A DNA stretch of 56,026 nucleotides from a virus (Duplodnaviria > Caudoviricetes). Shown one piece after another: positions 8,331-17,300 of this stretch. The notes under the pieces were generated by a model. It was not told the DNA's origin, searched no databases, and saw only the letters and a program-made list of their open reading frames with translations. The stretch spans positions 1 to 56,026 of IMG/VR virus record IMGVR_UViG_3300024275_000009. One strand, written 5' to 3'. The translations under genes and the position numbers were made by a program. Numbering within the stretch: position 1 is the stretch's first letter; the number at the start of each line of letters is the position of its first letter.

Positions 8331-9416
8331 TTAAACGCGCAGGCCCTTGGCGACCGAACGGCTGTTCGCCACCGACACAGCCAGCGACTCGTGCAGCACC
8401 CAGCCGCGACCCGGAACCTTCTCGACCACGATGTCCGTCGGTTGCGATTGCAGGCCGCCGCGATCCGAGTACGCGCCGTGGTTCGTTGAGTCCGAGATCA
8501 CGTAGAACTCGCCAGCGCCCAGCACCTTGTGTTCCGGGTGACGGTATGCGTCGGAGGTGATCGTGCAACCGTACATCACGCCGAGTTCGCCGGTCAGCAG
8601 GAGCTCGTGGCGTGCGACCGGGTCGACCGCGCTGTAGAACTCGCTGTTGCCGATGATGTCCTGGTAGATGTCCGTTGCCAGGAGAACGTGCGGTGCCTTC
8701 AGGCCCCAGCGCGTCACGTTCGTCATCACTTGCGCGAACGTGTACGGCGTGAGCTGACCCGAGATGATCGACAGGTTGTTGTCCACGCCGACCAGCGCGT
8801 TCACCTGGTTGTACCACAGACGGTCTTCCGCCACCATGATGGCTTCCGTCGCTTCGACATACTTCTCTTGCAGCACGTCGCCAGCCGACTGGTTCAGTTC
8901 GTTCTGCGTCACGAACGGACGCGTAACAACCGACAGTTCCGGCGGCGTGAACCACTTGTCGCGCGTGATCTGCGATTCGATCTTCGTCGGCGACGTCGAA
9001 TAGACGGCCGTCACGTTCTTCGTACGCAGCGGGAAACGCGGCACAGCGCCTTGCTCGACCGTGATTTCCGCGAGGTACTTACGCATGAAACCCTGACGGT
9101 TGCAGGTGAGGTACAGGCTTTCGGCCATGCGCTCGCCCAGCACCGTTTGCACGCCGCGGTCGTTGAACGCAGCTGCCAGGAGTTCCTTGTTCGTGCGCGT
9201 GTCGTTCTCGTTCTGCAGGAACACTGCATCGGCGACGACTTCGCGGTTCGCTGCAGCCGTCAGGAATTGCATCTGACGATTGAACAGGTCGCGCTTGCTC
9301 GATGCGTTCAGCTCGCCGCCAGCGCCGATAGCGCGTTCGCTCGTGCCGCGGAAACGCAGTTCCGATGCCGCAAATGCCGGGGTCTTCGCCGCACGGACTT
9401 GAACTTTCTGCTTCAT
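8331..9416 (-). CDS. major capsid protein (HK97 fold, putative)
   Basis: 361 aa with strongly biased codons; order protease-scaffold-decoration-capsid; AEDR...GELGVMYGCTII-like motifs. Confidence 0.8.
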   Translation of the reverse strand: MKQKVQVRAAKTPAFAASELRFRGTSERAIGAGGELNASSKRDLFNRQMQFLTAAANREVVADAVFLQNENDTRTNKELLAAAFNDRGVQTVLGERMAESLYLTCNRQGFMRKYLAEITVEQGAVPRFPLRTKNVTAVYSTSPTKIESQITRDKWFTPPELSVVTRPFVTQNELNQSAGDVLQEKYVEATEAIMVAEDRLWYNQVNALVGVDNNLSIISGQLTPYTFAQVMTNVTRWGLKAPHVLLATDIYQDIIGNSEFYSAVDPVARHELLLTGELGVMYGCTITSDAYRHPEHKVLGAGEFYVISDSTNHGAYSDRGGLQSQPTDIVVEKVPGRGWVLHESLAVSVANSRSVAKGLRV

Positions 9417-9492
9417 TGTGATTCTCCGAGGATGTTGTGTACCGCGCGACGCCCGCTGAACTAGCCAGGCACCACACGATGTTCAGTCCGGC

Positions 9493-10170
9493 TTAGGCAG
9501 CCGAAAACTCGAGGCCGAGGAACGGCTGATCCTGCGAAGGAACAGCCACGACGTATGCACCGGTGATGGCGTTGCCGGTACCCGACTGGTCGGTGACCTG
9601 ACCGTTGGCAGCGAGCTTGATCGCCGTTGCAGCTGCCCAGTTCTTCGACGCGTCGAACTCCGACGTGAACACCAGGCCGCGCTTGATGACACCGATCTGA
9701 CCGACGTATGCGCCGACGTAGCCGCCGGGTTGCACGTCACCTTGCAGCGCGCGCAGCTGGATAACGCTGACCGCGTACTTGTACGTCACGACCACGTCGT
9801 CGCCGTTCGTCAGGCCGCTGATGTTAGCGCCCGTGACCGTGTAGCCCGTTGCAGCAGCACCCGTGGTCTTGTCGAACACGAACACCTGGCCGGCGACCGG
9901 CGTCAGTTGCAGCGTGACGATGCCCGAAGCGGGAACCGTGAATTCTTCGACCTTGTTCGTGTAGGACTCGGGGAACGGTGCAGCCGACGTGCCGGCGATT
10001 GCGAAGCCGACGAAGATGTCCGATGCTTGACCGGTCGAAGGCAGAACGCCTGCGGCAGCAGCACCCGACGCACGCACCAGAGCTTGGCCTTCCGCGAGGA
10101 TGACCGCGCCCGGTGCAACGACAGCTTCAGCGCTGTCCACGAATTTCGAAAACGGCAGGTAGAAAGCCAT
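9493..10170 (-). CDS. putative capsid decoration/cement protein
   Basis: A/G/V/T-rich beta-type protein directly upstream of the capsid gene; GGAG RBS. Confidence 0.65.
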   Translation of the reverse strand: MAFYLPFSKFVDSAEAVVAPGAVILAEGQALVRASGAAAAGVLPSTGQASDIFVGFAIAGTSAAPFPESYTNKVEEFTVPASGIVTLQLTPVAGQVFVFDKTTGAAATGYTVTGANISGLTNGDDVVVTYKYAVSVIQLRALQGDVQPGGYVGAYVGQIGVIKRGLVFTSEFDASKNWAAATAIKLAANGQVTDQSGTGNAITGAYVVAVPSQDQPFLGLEFSAA

Positions 10171-10254
10171 TTGGTATTCTCCAGATGTTTGATGATGAGG
10201 CGACTATCGTTGTCGCCTCGTCTCCGTAAAAATACGGGTTGTGGATTTCCGATG

Positions 10255-11868
10255 TTACAGGGACATCGGGCGGTCACCGTTCAGGATCGCGAGCGCTTTA
10301 GCCGAGAGCTGAACCTTGCCCTTGCCACCTGCACGCGATGCCGTCACAGCTGCGGGTTGGAGACGACGTGCCGGACGCACCAATGCAGCCTGGATCGTGT
10401 CCGGTGCATCCAGTTCGTCATCGAACTCGTCAGCGAAGTCTGCGTCGGCACCTTCATCGCCAGCGCTTTCCTCGATCTGACCATTCGGGCTCGCCGAATC
10501 ACCGAACAGATCGTCCTGATCTTCCAGGTCCGATTCGTCGGTCATGTCCAGCGCTTCGGCGATGGAATCGCGCGCAGCCTGCGACATTTGCGACAGCTTG
10601 TTCGCGAGCGTCACGATAGCCTTGGCATACGACACGCCATGCTGCGCGAACACACGCTGAACCATCTTCGAGGCACCGCGCACGCCTGCCGACTGCAGCT
10701 CTTGTTCGAGTGCAGCGCGCAGTTCGTTCTGCGTGTCCTTGAAGTGACGGCGGTTGATACCGACAGCCGCGATTGCCATGCACTGTTCGAGCTTGGCCGT
10801 CGAGCTGTGAGCCGAACGACGCACCGCAGCCGTAACCGTCTTGACCTTCGCTTCGACGCGCTTGTTCAGCACGTCCGACTTCGACACGTTGACGCGGGCC
10901 ATTGCAAAGCCCATGGCGCTGAGGCCCTTACGCATGCCGGCCTTGGCCATTTCGACTGCGCACGCGTCCTGGAATTCGTCGGACATGTACTCGTCGGCAT
11001 AACCAGCCTTCGTTGCCAGCTTCTTGCCCATGTGAGCAATAGCGCGCGTGCCCTTCAGTGCCAACAGACGCGTACCGTAAGCCGCGAACACCACGTCGTC
11101 GCCATCGTCGTTCATGCCGTCGATATCCACGATGGGCATATCGTCGCCGTCGCCCATCGGCTCAGCTTCGACTTCCGTGTCGTCTTCAACGTCGTCGCCG
11201 GTGAAGTTCTTGAATGCAGCGTCGTCAGCACCGAACTCGTCGCCCGTGCCTTCGCCACCCACGTCACCGCCGGCGTCGCCACCAGCTTCGTCTTCGCCGT
11301 CGTCCCACTCTTCGTCACCGGCTTCCAGCACCGATTGCGGGTTGCTGCCGTTGGACAGCTTGGCCGGCGCGTCGTCGAAGTCGGCTTCGATGGCGTCCGG
11401 ATCTTCCAGGTCGTCGAACTGATCTTCGTCTTCCGACGCGTTCGTGAGATAGCCAGCGGCCGGATCCACGTCGTTCGGAATGTGGCCGACGTCCTGCGTG
11501 CAGTTGTCGTCCTTGCCGGTGATGTCCGCGTTGACTTCTTCCTCGTCATCTTCGTCGTTGTGACGCGGACGCTGGCTGGGGAGACGCCCAGCGTCGTCTT
11601 CGTCATCATCCGAGCCGGCCGGGAATTCAGCGTTGACCGGCTTACCGGCCTTCACCTTCTTCTTCGCTGCAACCGCCGGCTTGTTCTTCTTCGAAGAAGC
11701 TTCAATCGGCGTATGCGTGTTGCCACCGGTGTCGTCTTCCGGATCGATCAACGTGCCCGGCGACTGGTGGTTCAGCAGTGCACCCGCTTCATCCTGCGCA
11801 GGCGCGTTGGTTTCGTTCTTGAAGTGAGTGCTGGTGCTAGCTCGCACTTGCGTCTTCTTGAGCTTCAT
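10255..11868 (-). CDS. prohead scaffold/core protein
   Basis: Very acidic disordered N-half and helical C-half; many [VIL]xA sites; between protease and capsid genes. Confidence 0.7.
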   Translation of the reverse strand: MKLKKTQVRASTSTHFKNETNAPAQDEAGALLNHQSPGTLIDPEDDTGGNTHTPIEASSKKNKPAVAAKKKVKAGKPVNAEFPAGSDDDEDDAGRLPSQRPRHNDEDDEEEVNADITGKDDNCTQDVGHIPNDVDPAAGYLTNASEDEDQFDDLEDPDAIEADFDDAPAKLSNGSNPQSVLEAGDEEWDDGEDEAGGDAGGDVGGEGTGDEFGADDAAFKNFTGDDVEDDTEVEAEPMGDGDDMPIVDIDGMNDDGDDVVFAAYGTRLLALKGTRAIAHMGKKLATKAGYADEYMSDEFQDACAVEMAKAGMRKGLSAMGFAMARVNVSKSDVLNKRVEAKVKTVTAAVRRSAHSSTAKLEQCMAIAAVGINRRHFKDTQNELRAALEQELQSAGVRGASKMVQRVFAQHGVSYAKAIVTLANKLSQMSQAARDSIAEALDMTDESDLEDQDDLFGDSASPNGQIEESAGDEGADADFADEFDDELDAPDTIQAALVRPARRLQPAAVTASRAGGKGKVQLSAKALAILNGDRPMSL

Positions 11869-11929
11869 GGTTTATCCTCACAAGGTTTCGTGTATGGGAG
11901 GGTATGGGCGCCCGTATCCTCGCACTGAT

Positions 11930-11937
11930 TAAAATTA
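11930..11937 (-). promoter_or_regulatory. candidate late promoter motif (TAATTTTA)
   Basis: AATTTNA motif recurs upstream of seven gene starts in the structural region. Confidence 0.5.
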
Positions 11938-11989
11938 CAGTTTGCGTGCGATTGGTGTAAAAGTGGCCGTTCCGCAGAACGCAAGGCGG

Positions 11990-12025
11990 AAAAAAGGCCC
12001 GAGCCGAATGAACGGGTCGGGCCTT
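11990..12025 (-). terminator. intrinsic terminator
   Basis: AAGGCCCGA...TCGGGCCTT stem plus U tract on the - strand. Confidence 0.8.
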
Positions 12026-12051
12026 CGTGTTGCAGTTGTGTCTAGCGCGAG

Positions 12052-12423
12052 TTACTGCTTGCCGAACTCGATCTGCACTGTCTCGTTCGGATCCTTGTGG
12101 AATTTCTTTTTCCAGCGATTGAACGCGTCCTTGGTGATAACACGCACTAGTGCATCACCTTGACGGTAAGCATCCATGTCGCCGCTGTATTCGTGGTCGA
12201 GCTTGAGGCCGTGCTGCTCGAGTTTCTTGCGAATCCCGTTAAGCTTTGCCAAAGGCGTGACCGCGGTATTCAACATCAAGTCGCCGTTCTTCTTGGGTGC
12301 CGGGTGTTTGAACTGAACACCAAAGCTCTCAAGCAGATTCTGCAGGTCTTCCGGGCTGTCGATAGCCGCCGCAGTGATCGCGGTGGCCTTCAGGCGCATT
12401 GCTGCTTCGAGTTTCATGTTCAT
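12052..12423 (-). CDS. hypothetical protein with N-terminal tag
   Basis: MNMKLEAAMRLKATA. Confidence 0.7.
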   Translation of the reverse strand: MNMKLEAAMRLKATAITAAAIDSPEDLQNLLESFGVQFKHPAPKKNGDLMLNTAVTPLAKLNGIRKKLEQHGLKLDHEYSGDMDAYRQGDALVRVITKDAFNRWKKKFHKDPNETVQIEFGKQ

Positions 12424-12426
12424 CCT

Positions 12427-13362
12427 TTATTCGTCGAACGGATAGGTGAACACCGGATCCTTCACCGGCGTAACATCAGGGCCTGACGCACGCAGCGCAG
12501 GTGTCAATGGTTGTTGACCAGCCGCAGCCCACGGATCCCACACTTCGTCCGACAACGCCGGTGCCCATGCCGGGTCGGCAACAATCGAACACTCGATGGG
12601 AGCAAGACCGTGCGCGTTCAGGAACGCCAGATGTTGCGAGCCGTCGAAGTCCTTGACCGAGCGCCAGTTGACTGCCTTGGTCGACTGAATGTGCGGACAG
12701 ACATACTTATCGTGACACTCGGCGCCGCAGAACGAACAGGTGAAGGCATCGACCATGGCACCCATCGAGTAGGTGTTGATCTGCTTCGTCAACACCTTCT
12801 GCGCAACATCCGGGTACTTGTTCTTGTCGATAGCCAGCAGACCCATCACCTTCCACAGCTTGCCGCCACCGAAGCCGGTGACCTTGTGCAACGACGCGTC
12901 GAGAATCACGCCGTACGCCTTGGTGTGATCCTCGTTGTCATGCTCGAGGTGTACCGGACAGCCCTTCCACGCCTTGTACGCCATGCGCGAGATCGGCGGC
13001 GGTTGCCACTTCGCCAGCTCGGTAATCGGAAAGCCGATGCCGTTGCGGTTGGGAATGTCCGACGGACAGATCAGCGTGTTGACCAGGATGTAATCCTCGA
13101 TCTTCGGGCTGATGTGGTACTCCTTCGCGCAGAAGGGCAACCATGTCGGATAGTCGAGCGCGTTGACCATCGACTTGTCACGCTCGAGATCGACGGTCTC
13201 GGTCGCCTGCACCGTCGGCGTGGCCAGCAGCTTCGTATTCAAGGCATCACGTTGCGCGTCCTGAACCGATGCGTGCGTGTGCTTGTAGACGGGCTTGAGC
13301 GCCGTCGACTTGTCCTTCTTCAGACCGTTGGACGCGGTCAGAAATGATTGAGGCATACGCAT
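12427..13362 (-). CDS. prohead maturation protease (putative; HK97/herpes-like fold) with a Cys-rich insert
   Basis: Start at ATG 13362 (AAGGAGG RBS). NRNG, PVHLEH (His), YSMG (Ser), CSFC...CPH and ECSIVADPA motifs. Confidence 0.75.
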   Translation of the reverse strand: MRMPQSFLTASNGLKKDKSTALKPVYKHTHASVQDAQRDALNTKLLATPTVQATETVDLERDKSMVNALDYPTWLPFCAKEYHISPKIEDYILVNTLICPSDIPNRNGIGFPITELAKWQPPPISRMAYKAWKGCPVHLEHDNEDHTKAYGVILDASLHKVTGFGGGKLWKVMGLLAIDKNKYPDVAQKVLTKQINTYSMGAMVDAFTCSFCGAECHDKYVCPHIQSTKAVNWRSVKDFDGSQHLAFLNAHGLAPIECSIVADPAWAPALSDEVWDPWAAAGQQPLTPALRASGPDVTPVKDPVFTYPFDE

Positions 13363-13372
13363 GACTGCCTCC

Positions 13373-13768
13373 TTAACGGGACACGACGTAGACTTCACCC
13401 GGCGCGGTGAACGCAATCTTGATGACCGAGAACGCCTTGACGCGCTGGACAATGCCGTCGGCCGGCGCCAACGTGAGCGGTTCGACCCAGGCTACGGCTG
13501 CCTGAATGGTCGGATCGGGGTTAGCTGCAACAGCGGGGTCTTGCAGCGTGAATGACAGGGTGGCTCCGCCAGTCGTCTGGAAGAAGTAACCCTGGTCGAA
13601 ATGTGTCGTGCAATCGCCAGCCGTCAGATACGCAACATCCCCTGTCTTCCCGACGAGGCCGACCCAGCCAAGCGCGCCGTTGAAGTTGGTTGCAGCTCCG
13701 ATGCCATTGACACCGGAGCCACGGATGTAGCTGGTTGGGCGATTGCCAAGTACCTTAGCACCCGACAT
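13373..13768 (-). CDS. putative virion protein
   Basis: G/A/T-rich 131-aa ORF with AGGGG RBS in the head cluster. Confidence 0.6.
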   Translation of the reverse strand: MSGAKVLGNRPTSYIRGSGVNGIGAATNFNGALGWVGLVGKTGDVAYLTAGDCTTHFDQGYFFQTTGGATLSFTLQDPAVAANPDPTIQAAVAWVEPLTLAPADGIVQRVKAFSVIKIAFTAPGEVYVVSR

Positions 13769-13780
13769 GTGAATCCCCTA

Positions 13781-14254
13781 TTATTGCTTCGGTTGTGCTT
13801 CGTCGGCAGGCTTGTCTTCCTGCGTTGCTGCCTGGGCGGCTGCGGCTTCTTGAGCTGCCTTCGCATCCGCAGCTTCTTGAGCTGCCTTCGCATCCGCAGC
13901 CTTAGCGTCAGCTGCGTCCTGGGCAGCCTTAGCGTCGGCGGCTTCTTGAGCTGCCTTCGCGTCGTCAGCTGCCTTGGTATCGGCTTCGGACCCCACAACC
14001 TCAGCTGCGGGAACGTCTTCGGCCGCCGGCATTTCCTTCGCGTCCGGGTGGCCCGGGAACAGCTCGCTCAGCAGGTGTGCCGGATACGCGAGGCCGTACA
14101 ACACCTGTTCCTTCGTCAGGCCGAACCTGAAGTGGGCGAAGTCGTGCAGTGCTGCGAAGTCCTTTGCGACGAATTCTTCGCCTTCGGAGACGATATGGCC
14201 GGCTTCCGCCATGGCCTTCTTCAGCTCACTGTAAACGAATGCTTTGATGCTCAT
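13781..14254 (-). CDS. hypothetical protein with Ala-rich repeat tail
   Basis: CAGGAG RBS; C-terminal DAKAAQEAA repeats. Confidence 0.65.
   Translation of the reverse strand: MSIKAFVYSELKKAMAEAGHIVSEGEEFVAKDFAALHDFAHFRFGLTKEQVLYGLAYPAHLLSELFPGHPDAKEMPAAEDVPAAEVVGSEADTKAADDAKAAQEAADAKAAQDAADAKAADAKAAQEAADAKAAQEAAAAQAATQEDKPADEAQPKQ
13836..13980 (-). repeat. imperfect 27-nt coding tandem repeat (ADAKAAQEA)
   Basis: Repeated GCTTCTTGAGCTGCCTTCGC units on the + strand. Confidence 0.75.
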
Positions 14255-14281
14255 TGTTGACTCCTGACAGGGCGAGTAGAG

Positions 14282-14317
14282 AAAAAGAAAGGGTGCGACC
14301 CTTTCGAGTGCACCCTT
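14282..14317 (-). terminator. intrinsic terminator after the SNF2 gene
   Basis: AAGGGTGC...GCACCCTT stem followed by TCTTTTT on the - strand. Confidence 0.75.
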
Positions 14318-14334
14318 AAATTGAGGATTGAGGT

Positions 14335-17300
14335 TTAGAACAAACCGTCTTGTGAATCGTCTTCAGCCTGTTTCTTCTGGCGAACCTTCATCTTCGACAG
14401 CCGCTTGAACTCAGCCTTCAGCTCCTTCAGGTTCGATACGCTGAACCCTGCCGCCACGATCTGATCCAGCATGTGCGCCGTCTGCGTCGGCGTCGGTGCG
14501 AAGTACGTCATCTCGTCAGGCGACACCTTCCAGATCACGCCGGTGGCCTTGTACTTGATTGCGTTCTTCGACGCCGTCTGACCCTGCATCGGCAGCGCGA
14601 TGTACGCCACACCGTCCTGAATCAACGGATACGGCTTGATCGACTTCTTGTCGTTCGAAGCTTTCTGCTCCATACGATAGAAGTTGCGCACCTTCTGCTT
14701 GGTCGCCCACTGCACCGAATCCTTGTGCTGTGCAATGGCGCCGGCCTTCATCAGCTGATACATCTGATAGATCGCATTGCTGACGCCTTCCTTGCGCAGA
14801 GCTTCGTCAATCGTGAAGCCCTTCTCGTGCCAGAGGTCGAACTGATTCTTCAACATGGCCGGGCGCTTCATCTGCGCAAAGTAATACGGCGCCGTCGGGC
14901 GGAAGCCCATTGCCTGCAGAGCCTTCGCAGCCGTCTCGTTGGTCGGCAGATACGAAACGCCAAGGAAGCCGTTGATGACGGTCAGGGAGAGCTCGACCGA
15001 CAGATCCTGCTGCATCTGCTTGTCGCGCTTCTTCTTCTCCTTCACGTTCTTCTTCTCTTCTTCTTCCTGCTGACGCTTCACGTCCTTGCGATCCATACGC
15101 CACGCGTCTGCCGGCACGTCGATAGGTGCCGTCACCGGCATGTCACCGACCTGCTTCAACAGGCCATCGCGGATGTCCTTCGGGCTTGTCACCGAACGCA
15201 GCAACAGGTAACACGTCGACCAACGGCAACGCACGCTGTAGCCACCGTCCAGATCAACGATAACGTCCTGCATGCCCAGCGTGTTGATCGAACGGCACCA
15301 ACCGTCACCGAACTGCGTGTGCAGACGACGGCCTTTCATCAACTGCAGCAACGCCTTGTTACCGGACGGGTCGTTCTCCGGATCCTTCTCGATGCCAGCC
15401 TTGTCGAAGTCCTGTTGCAACAGCGGCGACTTGAGGTAGGTGTCCATGCGAATCAGACCTTCCTGATCCTCTGCATAGATGCCCATGCCTGGCACATACG
15501 GCACGTGTTTCATCAACGCGCAATCCGGCGGCGTCGGTGCCGACTCGACCAGTGCCAGCTTCGGGTCGTGTCCGTGCGTCGCGCGATAGTCAGCGATGTA
15601 GCGCTTGTACTCGTCATCGCGGATGTTGCGGTACTCGCGGTACTGCTCGTTGTACGGCATCAAGGTTTCGAAGTAGTCATTCTGCTTCTGAATGGTCTTC
15701 AACTTCATCTTGATGAGCGGCAGATTCTCCAGCCGTTCGAACTCGGGGTTGTCCACGTTCTCGAACTTGCCGACCGCAATCGTCTTCGAGATCAGACGCG
15801 CCAGCTTCGTCACGTCGACCGTCTTGTTGGCGATGATCCAGTCATAGAAGATCTTGTCGCGTTCGTCCTGCGGCTTCTTCAGCTCCGGACGATTGATACG
15901 CGAGTTACCCTGCTCGAGCTGACCAGGATTCCAGATACCTTCCATGCGAATCAAGCGCGAACAGAACTGGAAGTTCAAGCCTTCTTCCATCGAAGTCGAG
16001 ATGCCGACCATCCACTTGATCGTGTCGTCATTCTCGAAGCGCGCACCGTCTTCCATCTTGGACGCTGCCTTATACAACAGGCCGCATTTCTTCAGGTCCG
16101 GCGGGGCCGAGTTGAAGATCTCCTCGGCGGTCGCTTCGTATGCCGTGAAGATCAGCACCTTGCCGGGGAACGGACCGTATTGCACCGAGGTGCCATCGTC
16201 CTTTTCGACCTTCGTGCCGAACAGGTGCGCACGGATACGCTCGTGGCACTTTGCGACCTTCGGGCTCAACAGGTCTTCGCCCTTCAGCGACGTTTTGCCC
16301 AACGGGTCACTGCCCGGTGCACCGGTGTACTGCTCGATACGTGCCAGGTACGGACGCAGTGCGTTGGCTACAGCTTCGCCGCCGTCTTCGTCCTCGGCCT
16401 TGTCGTCGAGTTCGTCGCCTTCTTCGTCGGTTTCGCTGCCGCCGTTCTCACCGTTGCCATTACCATTACCATTGCCGTTCTCGTCATCATCGCCGGCCGG
16501 GCCCTTCGGCTTCTCGTCTTCCTCAGCTTCCAGGAACTTGCGCAGCGCTTCGTTGCCCTTGGCGGCTTCCTTGATCTGCTCAATCGTCTCCTTGAAGATG
16601 ATGTCATAGACGCGCATCTGCTCTTCGGTCAACGACACACCGATAATGCGTTCATCCTTCGGAGGCAACAGCGCAGCCCATTCCTTCCGCATCGCACCCG
16701 CCACCACGACGTGCTGACGAATGATGTGGTTGATGTCCTGGGCGAAGCCATGTCGCCATTCGATCACGCGGTCGCCGCTGATCTTCTCACCGAAACGCTG
16801 CTTGAACTCCTGCGGCGTGCCGAAGATCGTCGGGTCCATCATGGCGATCTGCATGGCCAAATCCTGCGGGCCATCGTGAGCCATGGTACCCGAAGCCAGA
16901 CGCTTCTTCGGGATATCAACGATCAGCGCCATACAGGCGTTGGTACGCTGCGACTTGTTCTTGACCTTCTGCGACTCGTCCATCAGCACATAGCCGAATT
17001 GGAATTGACGCAGGAACTCAATCACCGGATACACCGCCACCGGCGTCGTGCCGTAGCACAGCGCTTCGTTGCGATATGTCAGTGCGTCGTAATCACACAC
17101 CACGATGGTGTTACGCGGCGCGTTCACCAGCATGGCTTCCAGGCGCTTCCAACCGTTCTGCGAGATCGCAAAGCTGTTGATGGCGATGGCGTTGACCTTA
17201 CCACCCGTGAAGTAAACGATTTCCCGGATGTAGTTCGCGACCAGGTGGCCCGGACACATGATAAGGTACGGTTCAGAGCGGTTCGCCTTGATCTCGTACA

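Noticed and set aside
13836-13980. Short DNA repeats as a possible CRISPR array
   Set aside because: They are in-frame coding repeats with no unique spacers, and there are no cas genes.
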